Origin: Verrucomicrobia bacterium UBA2970
Lineage (GTDB): Bacteria; Verrucomicrobiota; Verrucomicrobiia; Limisphaerales; AAA164-E04
DNA length: 40,104 bases
Assembly: GCA_002348345.1 (NCBI GenBank)
Contig: DEAY01000329.1
Coordinates: forward strand, 1 to 40,104
Direction of reading: 5' to 3'
This document shows, in pieces, positions 17,156 to 26,838 of the stretch. Numbering within the stretch: the first letter of the stretch is position 1; each line of letters starts with the position of its first letter. Below the pieces are notes generated by a model. It did not search any database and was not told the origin of the DNA. It saw nothing but the letters and a program-made list of their open reading frames with translations. Made by a program: the position numbers and the translations under genes.

Positions 17156-19420
17156 TCAGTCCTCGAAGTCTTCGCCCGTGATGCGTTCCACTGCCGAACG
17201 CGCGCGGGCCTTGACGTATCGACTCCGATCGCGTTGGGCCAATTCCTTGAGGCGCGGGACCGTGGCTTCGGCCTGACTCCCCAGTTGGCCGAGTCGCTCG
17301 GCCGAGTAGGCGCGAACACCGGAACTTCGGCTATCCAAGCCATCCTGATAATGTGGATATTGACTCGGGTCCGCAGGGATTTTCCGGAGAGCCTGTAGAA
17401 TGTTCGGGACGTAGTCCTCTTTCCCGAGCAACGCCATCAGGGCGGAGGTGGCTGGGATCGCATCCTCTTCGAGCATGCCAAGATTCTTGGCAGCGACGTT
17501 TTGGATGTCTGAGTTGGAATCCTTCAAGGCTTCCAGGCTCAAGTCGAAAATGGCCTCACTATCTCGGCTCACCCGACCGAAGGCATCGAGCGCTGCCTCT
17601 CGAATGACGGGTTCCTCGTGCGCGGTGGCGGTTCGAAGCACTTCGATGATTCGAGGCTGATCCTGATCGAGTTCTCCGAGGCAGCGAATGGCCGCCAGTT
17701 GCAAGGCACCCTCGCTTGTGGTCGCTCGATCGGCGATTTGGATTCCGGTGGACTTCGAGGCAGATCCGAGCGCCCCCAGCGCCTTGAGGGTGGCGATCTG
17801 AATCTCTTCGCTGGGATCTTGAATCAGTGCAGTGAGACGATTGGATTGGCTGCGAGCCGGTTCACCGATGCTGGCAATCGCCTGGGTACTGGCCAGCCGG
17901 ATTCTGTGGTCCGAATCCTCGAGAAGCTCGCCAAGCCGTTCGATGGTGGCGCGGTCGGAAAGATCAATGGCGGGGATCGCCTTGGCGGCCGCGTGGCGGG
18001 CGATCGGTTCGGCGTCCTGAAGGAGCCGCCGGATATGGTCGGTGTATTTTGACGGGTCACCGGAGATGGCCACCAAGCTAAGGAGGCTAGCTGCCCGAAT
18101 GGAAGGGTGAGGATCGTCCAGTAGGCGCTCGATCGTCCGATCCGCGTTCCGGCCATCAGCCCCCAATCGTTGGATCGCGTAGAGGCTCGCCAGGCGAACG
18201 TTGATGTGGTCGTGAGTCAGGCCCTGGGCAAGTTTTGGAAGGCCAGGGATGCCGTAGTTTCCCAGGCTCGGAACGATCCAATGGGAGGCGTCCAGCGGCT
18301 TGGATGTCGAGGTTTCGGCCAAGTGGGTGAAAAGCGCCTCCGCCGCCGAAGGGCCGAGGGAAGCAATCGCTTTTCGAAAGGGTTTGGCTTGGGGTTGGCT
18401 GCCATAGCCGTCGACCAGGACAATCAATTGGGGAACGGCTTCGAGAGCGGGAGTCCCCATTCGCCCCAGCAGGTCCGCGGCCCAAAGTTGTGTGGCGAGA
18501 TCGTCGGTGTCAAGGCGTTCCCGGAGAGGCGCAACGGTAAGTTCACTGGGCAGATCCAGAAGGCAGTTGGCGACCTCGTGTTTGACCGCGTCGTCGGTGT
18601 GGTCTGAGAGTGACCAAGCCAATGACGAAAGCGTTTCGGGGTCAAGCCCGGTGGCACGCAGGGTGCGAAGGGCGGCGGCTTGAAGATCGGGGGCTTGGTG
18701 AGTCCTTGCTATCGGGATGAGTTGATCGGCGAGTGCCAGGGCTAGCGGTCCCGCCGTCTCGAGTGCGAGGAGGGCGGCGAGGAGGGCGGGATGATGATCC
18801 CCCTCCAGGGTTTTGCTCAGTCCTTCCAGGGCCGAGGGACCCATGCGCCCGAGCGACTCGGCGCTGTGCTGGCGGACGCGTTCGTCCTCGTCCCGCAGGC
18901 ATTGGAGTAAAGCCGGGATTGCGACGGCACCTTCCTCGCCGATCCAGCCGAAGGCTTTGGCGACCCCTGAGCGAATACTGGCATTCTCGTCTTTCAAGGC
19001 CGCTTGAAGCGGCGGAATCGCGGCGGGGCCCATATTGCCAAGGGCGTAAGCAGAGCGATACCACTTCGCGTTTTCTCCTCGTCGGCCCTGTCCGGTGAGA
19101 TCCTCGATGAGTGTGGGGATGGCAGGGGTGGCCGCACTCCCGATTCGAGCCAGCGCGGTGACGCTATGAAACCAAACCTGAGTATCAGGGTCGTCCAGGG
19201 CGGCGGCGAGGGCATCCACGGCCGGTCCAGCCTCGGCTCCCAGTTGGCTCAAAGCCAAGGCGGCGTCTCGGCGTTCCTGAACCACCGAACGATCTTTCCC
19301 GGGGAGCTGAAGCGCTTTGATGAGCGGGTCCAAATGCACGCTTCGCTCTTGAGCGAGGAGATCAAGGGAGGCAAGAAGGCCGCTGCAAAGGAGCAGTAAT
19401 GGATACAATCGATTGGGCAT
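17156..19420 (-). CDS. Secreted HEAT-repeat (PBS-lyase HEAT-like) protein
   Basis: The start is trimmed to the ATG at 19418-19420 (MPNRLYPLLLLCSGLLASLDLLAQ, a signal peptide). There are many ~30-aa repeats of the form 'LxxaLxDxdxxVRxxAaxALgxiG', e.g. 'LDDPDTQVWFHSVTALARIG', 'LKDENASIRSGVAKAFGWIG', 'LRDEDERVRQHSAESLGRMG'. Confidence 0.85.
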   Translation of the reverse strand: MPNRLYPLLLLCSGLLASLDLLAQERSVHLDPLIKALQLPGKDRSVVQERRDAALALSQLGAEAGPAVDALAAALDDPDTQVWFHSVTALARIGSAATPAIPTLIEDLTGQGRRGENAKWYRSAYALGNMGPAAIPPLQAALKDENASIRSGVAKAFGWIGEEGAVAIPALLQCLRDEDERVRQHSAESLGRMGPSALEGLSKTLEGDHHPALLAALLALETAGPLALALADQLIPIARTHQAPDLQAAALRTLRATGLDPETLSSLAWSLSDHTDDAVKHEVANCLLDLPSELTVAPLRERLDTDDLATQLWAADLLGRMGTPALEAVPQLIVLVDGYGSQPQAKPFRKAIASLGPSAAEALFTHLAETSTSKPLDASHWIVPSLGNYGIPGLPKLAQGLTHDHINVRLASLYAIQRLGADGRNADRTIERLLDDPHPSIRAASLLSLVAISGDPSKYTDHIRRLLQDAEPIARHAAAKAIPAIDLSDRATIERLGELLEDSDHRIRLASTQAIASIGEPARSQSNRLTALIQDPSEEIQIATLKALGALGSASKSTGIQIADRATTSEGALQLAAIRCLGELDQDQPRIIEVLRTATAHEEPVIREAALDAFGRVSRDSEAIFDLSLEALKDSNSDIQNVAAKNLGMLEEDAIPATSALMALLGKEDYVPNILQALRKIPADPSQYPHYQDGLDSRSSGVRAYSAERLGQLGSQAEATVPRLKELAQRDRSRYVKARARSAVERITGEDFED

Positions 19421-19510
19421 GATAAGCTCCGAAAGACCACCGCCTGCTGCTGCCAACGTAGAACCCCGGCAAGGGCCGGACGGGCGGATGCGGGTGATTT
19501 AGTCCGTCAA

Positions 19511-20866
19511 TCAGGTAAAGAGCCGGGTGATCGGTCCCGTGCTGTCTCCGAATCGAGCCTGGTGGACCCCCATTTGGTCTAGCATGGAAAGATAGAGATT
19601 CGACATCGGCGTTTCAAAGTGATAGCGGAGATGCCGGCCCGGTTTGATCGCGCCTCCCGCCTTCCCTGCCAGGAGAATCGGCAGATTCTCGTTATTGTGA
19701 CGGTTCCCGTCGCTAATGCCCGCTCCGTAGACCACCATACAGTTATCCAGCAAACTGCCGTCGCCTTCGGGGATCGACTTCAAGCGCTGAAGAATATAGG
19801 ACACCTGGCGCGCGTGAAATTCATTGATGTCACTGATCTTACGTAACTTCTCGGAATCCCCGCCGTGGTGAGAGAGCGAGTGGTGCCCCTCATTGACACC
19901 AATGAAGCGGTAGCTCTTGTTACTTCCTTCATTGGCCAGCATGAAGGTGGCGATTCGCGTCATATCCGTCTGAAAGGCGAGCACCATCATATCCCCCATG
20001 AGGCGGATATGCTCTTCGTAGGACGACGGAATGCCATCGGGGAGATCAAAGGATTCCAGGTATTCCGGGCGCTGGTGGGCATCTTGCTCGGCGCGTTCGA
20101 GTCGAAGCTCAATCTCGCGAACGGCGGTGAGGTATTCATCGAGCTTGACCCGGTCCTTACCTCCCACTTTGCGGTGGATTCGTTTGGCATCTTCAAGCAC
20201 GAAGTCGAGGATGCTGTTCTGGAATCGACGACGTCGAACGGCGCTCTCTGACTGTTCGGCGTCATTCTGGTTCCCGAAGAGCCGCTCGAAGACCAAACGG
20301 GGGTTGGTTTCCTTGGTCATCGGGGTGGTGGCATCTCGCCATGAGATGTTGTTGGAGTAAGAACAGGCGTAGCCGGAATCGCATTTTCCTGATTGCCGTC
20401 CCTTCTCCGTACCGAGCTCAAGGGAAGCGAAACGGGTTTCGTGGCCAACCCCTTGGGCGGCGACCTGATCGACTGAAACGCCGGCTCGGATCTCAGCACC
20501 CTCACTCTTGAGGGGTTGGACACCCGTGAGAAAGACCCCGGCCGAACGGGCGTGGTCGCCCGGTCCGTCCCCGTTGCCCCGGCCTTTGTCGTTGGTGAGG
20601 CCGGTCAGAACGGTGAGGTCCCGCTTGATCGGCTCCATCGTCTTGAGGATTTTGGGCAATTCGAAATGAGGGCCTTCGCGCTCGGGCGTCCAATCGGGCA
20701 TGTGCATCCCGTTGGGTACAAAGAGGTAGGCCATTCGGACCGGAGCGGGCTTTGCGTTCCCCGCCAGGGCCCTGGTGGGCAACATCGCATCAAGCATGGG
20801 AAGCGCCATGGAAGTGCCGAGCCCTCGGAGAAAGGTTCTGCGAGCAAGCGGGTGTTTCGGGTTCAT
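19511..20866 (-). CDS. DUF1552 (HxxSHH) domain-containing protein, Tat-exported (pair 3 partner)
   Basis: Twin-arginine N-terminus 'LARRTFLRGLGTSMALPMLDAM'. Family motif 'GHHSLSHHGGD' (HxxSHH). The ATG shares 1 nt with the upstream gene's TAA (TAATG at 20864-20868). Confidence 0.9.
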   Translation of the reverse strand: MNPKHPLARRTFLRGLGTSMALPMLDAMLPTRALAGNAKPAPVRMAYLFVPNGMHMPDWTPEREGPHFELPKILKTMEPIKRDLTVLTGLTNDKGRGNGDGPGDHARSAGVFLTGVQPLKSEGAEIRAGVSVDQVAAQGVGHETRFASLELGTEKGRQSGKCDSGYACSYSNNISWRDATTPMTKETNPRLVFERLFGNQNDAEQSESAVRRRRFQNSILDFVLEDAKRIHRKVGGKDRVKLDEYLTAVREIELRLERAEQDAHQRPEYLESFDLPDGIPSSYEEHIRLMGDMMVLAFQTDMTRIATFMLANEGSNKSYRFIGVNEGHHSLSHHGGDSEKLRKISDINEFHARQVSYILQRLKSIPEGDGSLLDNCMVVYGAGISDGNRHNNENLPILLAGKAGGAIKPGRHLRYHFETPMSNLYLSMLDQMGVHQARFGDSTGPITRLFT

Positions 20867-23220
20867 TATTCTTCTTGTTGTAAACTCACCATCTGGAACG
20901 GCGAACTCAGGACGATCGCCTCAACGAGCGCCGAGAATCGGAAGTCCCCTGCGATGAGGGAGGCCACGATATCGTCGGTTGCACACCGATCATAGTATTC
21001 TAAGCCCCTGCCAAGTGCAAACGTCAACATTTTCTCGGTGATCGTTTGAAGGAATGTCGTTTCGGTTTTGAGGATCCCGATGAGTTCCTTTGGGCCCGCG
21101 AAAGACCTTCCATCGGGCAGGATACCGGACGGATCGATTGGAAAGTTGCCATCCAATTCTCGCCAAGCACCGATGGCGTCAAAGTTTTCAAAAGCAAAAC
21201 CAATGGGGTCCATCTTGGCATGGCAGGTGGCGCACTCGGACTTGGATCGATGCAGTTCAAGGCGTTCGCGGAGAGAGGCCGATGCAGCGGCCTCCTGACT
21301 CTCCTCGAGCTCCTCGACATTGGGCGGCGGCGGGGGGGGAGGAGTACCCAGAATCTGCTCCAAAACCCATTTTCCCCGGATCACGGGAGATGTCCGGGTG
21401 GGATTGGCAGTGAGCGCCAGGGTGCTTGCTTGGGTGAGGACGCCGCCTCGAGGACTGTCCCGGTTCAGGGTGACGCGTTGGAACACTTCCGTGTATGATC
21501 CCTCCATGCCGTAGTGATCAGCGAGGCGACGATCGACAAAAGTAAAATCAGCGTCGAGAAACTCGAGGACGCTTCGATCCTCCTTCATGATGGCACCAAA
21601 AAACAGCTCGCTTTCTCGGCGCATTGACTCGCGGAGTGCCTCCGTGAAGCCGGGAAACAGGTCCGGATCCGGAGTGATGGTGTCGAGGTTTCGGAACTGC
21701 AGCCACTGGCCCGCGAAATGAGTGACCAGGGCCCTGGCTTTCGAGTCCCCGAGCATCCGGCGAACCTGAACACGAAGGACACTGGGGTCCATCAGCATCC
21801 CGTTTCCGGCCAAATACAGCAGCTCATCGTCTGGCATGCTGCTCCAGAGAAAATACGAGAGGCGAGATGCCATTTCGTAGTCTGTAAGCCTCCGGGTCGA
21901 TGCGCCCTCTGAACCGGGTTGTCCGTCGAGTTCCCAGCGGAAAAGAAAGCTGGGTGAAACGAGGACGGCCTGAACGGCGACTTGAAGGGATTCCTCGAAG
22001 GTCACTCCCTCTTGGAGAGCGTATTCAACCAGATTCAGGAGGCGGTCGATCTCATCGGGGTCGGCAGGACGCCGAAAGGCCCGCGTCACCAATGACGTCA
22101 GAATGGCGCTGGCCGCCGTTATTTCTTCCCCCGGTTCCGGTGGTTGAGGAATCAGGCGGGTATGGGATCCAGGGAGTCGGGGGCGTGGTTGGTCCAGGGG
22201 GCCTTCGAGGGTTACCGAATCGACAAAGAGATTTCGATCTCCGTTCAGTTCGGAAATGGGGTGGTCTTGCCGATTGTAGTTGTTGGTAAAGCCCAGTTCC
22301 AAGCGATGGGAACTTGCCGGGAGCGTTAAGTTCAGGGTGTAGGTGCCCGGTTTTGTTGCGACGGCGCTGACCTCAACGAGTTGGGCTTCCTTCCGATTGA
22401 TTCGAACGGAGAGCTGTGCTGGATCGGGACCCGCCTGTTGGCCGTAGGCACGGATCTTGATGAGGTAGTCCCCAGCCTCGCCGGTCCGAAAGAGATGGGT
22501 GGCCGTCCCCTCTCGGTAGAATCCCATGACAGACCCCTCTGCTCGAACGTGGTCTTCGGTCCTGGAACGGAACGTCTCGGCTTCAAACGTCGTCCGGGGC
22601 GGCCATGGCGGGACTTGGCCAACAATCGCTTTTTGGGCGATTTGCTCGGCGGCCGTGAGGTATTTCTCCATCAGGATGGGAGAGAGCGAGAGGACGTCGC
22701 CGATATTGTCGAATCCATAACCGACTTCATCGAGCGGGAAGTCCGCTGCCGGCTCGAAATCGACGCCCATGAGATCGCGAATGGTATGATTGTATTCCGC
22801 GCGATTCAGTCGCCTGATGGTGACCCGGCCGGGTTGCTCGATCTCATCGCAATCGAACCTGGCCAGCTCCTTGTTGATGAACTCTGCGAGACGAATGCGG
22901 TCTTCCTCAGAAGGTTGAGGCTGATCCTCGGGGGGCATTTCGCGTTCGAGAACAAGGTCCCGGAGGGTTTCCCAGAGGTCTCGCTCCGTGTAGATCGCGT
23001 GATCCGGCCCGTAGGCTTGGAGATTGAGATCTGCCTTCTGCTTTTCATCGCCGTGACACCCGTAGCAATAGCGGTCGAGAAGTGGGCGAGCGATCTTGGT
23101 AAATCCCGAGGGCTCACCCGCCCGAATTGAGGGCAAGACGGCCAGTTGCAGGAGGGCCAGGGCGAGTGAACCCACCCGGATTCTCCGAATCAACACCCTA
23201 AAGGAGTATTTCATTCCCAT
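20866..23220 (-). CDS. DUF1592/DUF1595/DUF1587/DUF1588/DUF1585-type (PSCyt3/PSD) CxxCH protein, long paralog
   Basis: The start is trimmed to the ATG at 23218-23220 (MGMKYSFRVLIRRIRVGSLALALLQLAVL). The N-terminal motif is 'LLDRYCYGCHG'. 'RRLNRAEYNHTIRDLMGVD', 'FDNIGDVLSLSPILMEKY' and a 7-Pro tract lead to the C-terminal 'CATCHAKMDPIGFAFENFDAIGAWR'. Confidence 0.9.
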   Translation of the reverse strand: MGMKYSFRVLIRRIRVGSLALALLQLAVLPSIRAGEPSGFTKIARPLLDRYCYGCHGDEKQKADLNLQAYGPDHAIYTERDLWETLRDLVLEREMPPEDQPQPSEEDRIRLAEFINKELARFDCDEIEQPGRVTIRRLNRAEYNHTIRDLMGVDFEPAADFPLDEVGYGFDNIGDVLSLSPILMEKYLTAAEQIAQKAIVGQVPPWPPRTTFEAETFRSRTEDHVRAEGSVMGFYREGTATHLFRTGEAGDYLIKIRAYGQQAGPDPAQLSVRINRKEAQLVEVSAVATKPGTYTLNLTLPASSHRLELGFTNNYNRQDHPISELNGDRNLFVDSVTLEGPLDQPRPRLPGSHTRLIPQPPEPGEEITAASAILTSLVTRAFRRPADPDEIDRLLNLVEYALQEGVTFEESLQVAVQAVLVSPSFLFRWELDGQPGSEGASTRRLTDYEMASRLSYFLWSSMPDDELLYLAGNGMLMDPSVLRVQVRRMLGDSKARALVTHFAGQWLQFRNLDTITPDPDLFPGFTEALRESMRRESELFFGAIMKEDRSVLEFLDADFTFVDRRLADHYGMEGSYTEVFQRVTLNRDSPRGGVLTQASTLALTANPTRTSPVIRGKWVLEQILGTPPPPPPPNVEELEESQEAAASASLRERLELHRSKSECATCHAKMDPIGFAFENFDAIGAWRELDGNFPIDPSGILPDGRSFAGPKELIGILKTETTFLQTITEKMLTFALGRGLEYYDRCATDDIVASLIAGDFRFSALVEAIVLSSPFQMVSLQQEE

Positions 23221-23489
23221 GAACCTGACCCGCGACTGATTTGACTCGCTGGTAATAATCGCTGGAGGGCGATGAGCGGACATCACAGGGAGCATGCCCC
23301 GCTGACTCCCATTTGCAAGCTCTCGCGAAGGGAGTCAACACGAAGTGTGGAAGGGCGGCTTGTGTTTGGGTCTTCGATGTCTTTTATGGGAGGAATAGCT
23401 TGGCAATTCAGGGTGTCGTGATTTAGGAACAGGAAAAGGACCCCATGGCTGGTCGCGACCTGCTCGGCTGAGCCCCTCTCTCCCAAGGA

Positions 23490-24830
23490 CTATGCCAACA
23501 CCCCGGGGAGTAAGCCGTCGCTGTCGGCGAATCGATCCATCGGCGTGTCGAAGGCCTCCAACATGGAACGATAGAGATTGGCAAGCGGCGTCAATCGGTC
23601 GAACTTGAGATGTTGTCCCGTGCGAATACGGTTGCCCGCCCGTCCGGCGAGAACGAGGGGAAGGTTCCGGGGGCTATGTTTGTTTCCATCTCGAAGGCCC
23701 GATCCGAAAAGGATCATGGAATGATCCAGAACACTCCCCTCTCCCTCCTTCATGGCTTTGAGTTTTGAGAGGAGATAGGCATATTGCTCGACGTGCCATT
23801 GAGCGATCCGCTGATACTGCACCAGGTTTTCTTCCTTGTTCTCGTGATGCGACAGGGAGTGGTGTCCGCCTTGCACCCCCTCCAGAAAGGAGAAGTTGGT
23901 ATTCCCGACGGCGTTGCCAAACATAAACGTACAAACTCGTGTGGTGTCGGTCTGGAATGCCAGCGCAATCATGTCGAGCATCAGTCGAACGTGTTCGGCG
24001 TGTTCCCGGGGAATCCCCGATGGCTTGACACCTGGATCCATATCGACGAGGGGTTTCCAAGTCTTGCCCTCTGACCGACTGGCTTCCTCGACCCGTTTTT
24101 CAAGTGATCGGACCGATTCCAGATAGTCGTCGATTCGAGATTGATCCGCCTGCCCGACTCGGCCCTTGAGTTGCCGGGCGTCGTCGAGAACTCGATCCAG
24201 GAGAAGCGACTGGTATTGATTCTTCTCCGGCCGGGGATAGGCGGCTCGAAAGAGGCGCTCGTAAACGAGCCGGGGATTGATCTCCCGGGCCAGGGGACGC
24301 GTGGGACGGCTCCAGGCGATATGGGAACCGTAAACCCGGGTGTAGCCAACATTCGTGTCCACTCCGATGCTGACCGGGTGAATGGCCAGTTCGAGGGACC
24401 GTAGCGGCGTTTGGCCGGCGATTCCCGCGGCGGCGATTTGATCCATCGAGATGCCGTTGCTATTGAGATCGAAGCCCAAAGACTTGCTGATCGTTTGGCA
24501 GGTCAGAAACCCGGATGTCTTGACGTAATGTCCGTCTCCATAGTCGCTGGCTTGGTTCCAAAGGTTGGTGGGAATGAGGAGCTCGTCTTTGAGCGGCTCA
24601 AGGGGAGTCAGGGTTTTGGAAAGTTTGAACTCTCGACCGGTGCCTGTCGGTGTCCACTGGTCCTCTCGAACGCCATTGGGCATGAAGAGGATTCCCAGGC
24701 GCTTGGGACGCGGTGCTTCCGACGCTCGGAGCGTCCCTGGATCCATGGCTTCCAACCAGGGCAGGGCGAGCGCCGCTCCCGCCCCCTTTAAGAGGGTGCG
24801 TCGGGATAGGGCTTGGTGAGGTCTAGTCAT
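23490..24830 (-). CDS. DUF1552 (HxxSHH) domain-containing protein, Tat-exported (pair 2 partner)
   Basis: The start is trimmed to the ATG at 24828-24830 (MTRPHQALSRRTLLKGAGAALALPWLEAM, a twin-Arg motif). 'GGHHSLSHHENK' is present. It is collinear with 19511-20866. There is an 8-nt overlap with the upstream gene's 3' end (24823-24830). Confidence 0.9.
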   Translation of the reverse strand: MTRPHQALSRRTLLKGAGAALALPWLEAMDPGTLRASEAPRPKRLGILFMPNGVREDQWTPTGTGREFKLSKTLTPLEPLKDELLIPTNLWNQASDYGDGHYVKTSGFLTCQTISKSLGFDLNSNGISMDQIAAAGIAGQTPLRSLELAIHPVSIGVDTNVGYTRVYGSHIAWSRPTRPLAREINPRLVYERLFRAAYPRPEKNQYQSLLLDRVLDDARQLKGRVGQADQSRIDDYLESVRSLEKRVEEASRSEGKTWKPLVDMDPGVKPSGIPREHAEHVRLMLDMIALAFQTDTTRVCTFMFGNAVGNTNFSFLEGVQGGHHSLSHHENKEENLVQYQRIAQWHVEQYAYLLSKLKAMKEGEGSVLDHSMILFGSGLRDGNKHSPRNLPLVLAGRAGNRIRTGQHLKFDRLTPLANLYRSMLEAFDTPMDRFADSDGLLPGVLA

Positions 24831-26787
24831 GTCGAATCGTCTCCGCTGTGTTAAGGGTGACACCGGTCTCCGGATTGCTGCCAGCCTTGTAGCGGAACGG
24901 GACGCTGTTGATGACCCCCCACAGCAAGGCATGGGATCGAAATCCGTTGTGGCCTAATTCAGTCACAATCTCATCGACCGCGCAATAATCTTCGTGGGTC
25001 AGGCCGCGTGAGAGTGCATAACCCAGCATTTTCTTGGTGAGGTGCTTTAGGAACGGTTCCTTTCGGTCCAGGAGCAACCTTTTTAGTGCCTCGGGGCCCG
25101 AGAAGGAGGTGCCATCCGGGAGGGAGGCTTGAGGATCAATCGGATGCCCCTGATCGGTGGTTCTCCAGCGACCGAGGACGTCGTAGTTTTCCAGGGAGAA
25201 CCCCAGGGGATCGATTCGATCATGACAGTTCGCGCAGGTTGGGTGTTGGCGGTGAACCTCCAGGCGCTCACGAAGCGAAGTCGGTGCTCGACCGGTTGCT
25301 TCAGCTTCCAGACCGGGGACATCGGGCGGCGGGGGGGGTGGGGGATCCCCGAGCAGCGTGTCCAGAATCCACTTTCCCCTGAGGACGGGACTGGTTCGGT
25401 GGGGATGGGACGAGATCGCCAGAATGGCCGCCATTCCAAGGAGGCCTCCCCGGTGGGGTTGATCCGTGATTTCCACTCGCTTTGGTTGCTCCCGGAATGT
25501 TCCCTGGATGCCGTAATGTCGAGCCAGTCTTCGGTTGACGTAGGTGTAGTCGGCTTGGATCAAGTCGAGCAGCGAGCGATTCTCCTGGAGGATTTCATGA
25601 AAGAAAAAGACCGGCTCATATTTCATTCCCCCTTCCAGTTCTGAGTCGTAGCCCTTGATGGACGGATCGGGCCGAAACTCCCTGCCGAGCACGCGGGTTC
25701 CCACCCACTGTTCGATAAAGTTCTGAGCAAAGCTTCTGACCTTTCTGGCATGCGGATCTTCCAACATTCGGAGCATTTGGCGACGCAGGGTCTCCGATTC
25801 GTGTAAACGGCCTTCGGTGGCGACTTGTTGTAATTCATCATCGGGGGGGGCTCCCCAGAGAAAGTAGGCGAGGCGGGTTGCAAGTTCATGTGGAGAGACC
25901 GGAATGGGGTGGGGATGGGGATTGGGTTCCTCGATGATGAACAGAAACTTGGGGGACACGAGAACAGCCGAAAGGGTGGTCTTCAGGGCGAGGGCGAACG
26001 AGGGTTCCTTGTGGTAGACCGAATCGAAAACTTCGCGGTAGGCTTGATGCTCTTCCGGACTGACGGGCCTCCGAAAGGCACGGGGAAGGAAGGATTCGAG
26101 AATGTCGTCGGCGGCCGCTTGCGGGCTGAGCGTGTCGCTGGGTTGAGCAGTGAGGAAGCGACGATTGGATCGGGTATCGGCAAAGCCGTATTCCACGGCG
26201 GTCTGGGACGCTTCCAGGTATTTCTCCGCATGAATGGGTGACAGGAAAAGGGTCTCCGCGGCGTTGTCAAATCCTTCGCCTCCGGCGCCGTCATCGGGAA
26301 GGGCCTCTCCCGCGTCGAAATGAATATCCAGGAGATGCCGAACCGACGCCGAATACTCGCTGCGGTTGAGTCGTCGGGTGATCGCCGGTCCGGGGCGGAT
26401 TCCGTTTTCACAGGCAGCCTCTCGCAGCGTGGACTCAATCCACCGAACAAATGTTTGCCGCTCGTCGTGGCTGGGTTGATCGACGTCTTCATCGTCAGGC
26501 GGCATCTCTCCCTGACGCACTCGAGCCACATACTGATCCCAGTCAAGGGCCCGGCTGACGATTTGCTTTTCGGAGGTGACCGTCGAGAAATCGAGCTTTC
26601 CTTTGGGCCTTGGCGGTTGGTGGCAGGAAACGCAGTAGGATTGAATAAACCGGACTCCCGACTCCTGCGAGTCGACCAGGAGGGTGGTCTGCAGAAGGAG
26701 CGTGAGCGGGATGAGCTTCCAGTGACGCAAGGGCTTGGAGAACGCGGTCGCCGGGGTGATCTCGATGCGCGATGGGCTGTGGTTCAT
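24823..26787 (-). CDS. DUF1592/DUF1595/DUF1587/DUF1588/DUF1585-type (PSCyt3/PSD) CxxCH protein, short paralog
   Basis: ATG at 26785-26787 (MNHSPSRIE...WKLIPLTLLLQTTLL); the ORF-track start at 26820 is a TTG. Motifs: 'IQSYCVSCHQP', 'RRLNRSEYSASVRHLLDIH', 'FDNAAETLFLSPIHAEKY', PPPPPPP, and 'CANCHDRIDPLGFSLENYDVLGRWR'. Confidence 0.9.
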   Translation of the reverse strand: MNHSPSRIEITPATAFSKPLRHWKLIPLTLLLQTTLLVDSQESGVRFIQSYCVSCHQPPRPKGKLDFSTVTSEKQIVSRALDWDQYVARVRQGEMPPDDEDVDQPSHDERQTFVRWIESTLREAACENGIRPGPAITRRLNRSEYSASVRHLLDIHFDAGEALPDDGAGGEGFDNAAETLFLSPIHAEKYLEASQTAVEYGFADTRSNRRFLTAQPSDTLSPQAAADDILESFLPRAFRRPVSPEEHQAYREVFDSVYHKEPSFALALKTTLSAVLVSPKFLFIIEEPNPHPHPIPVSPHELATRLAYFLWGAPPDDELQQVATEGRLHESETLRRQMLRMLEDPHARKVRSFAQNFIEQWVGTRVLGREFRPDPSIKGYDSELEGGMKYEPVFFFHEILQENRSLLDLIQADYTYVNRRLARHYGIQGTFREQPKRVEITDQPHRGGLLGMAAILAISSHPHRTSPVLRGKWILDTLLGDPPPPPPPDVPGLEAEATGRAPTSLRERLEVHRQHPTCANCHDRIDPLGFSLENYDVLGRWRTTDQGHPIDPQASLPDGTSFSGPEALKRLLLDRKEPFLKHLTKKMLGYALSRGLTHEDYCAVDEIVTELGHNGFRSHALLWGVINSVPFRYKAGSNPETGVTLNTAETIRHD

Positions 26788-26838
26788 ATGTCGCCGATGG
26801 AGCCAAGCCCTCTGCGACAAGAGGGGGGCTTGATCGTT

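Noticed and set aside
23304-23336. A hairpin, gactccc / gggagtc with a 19-nt loop, in the 269-nt gap between module 2 and module 3.
   Set aside because: The stem is short, the loop is long, and there is no U-tract on the minus strand. This is not convincing as a terminator or riboswitch element.
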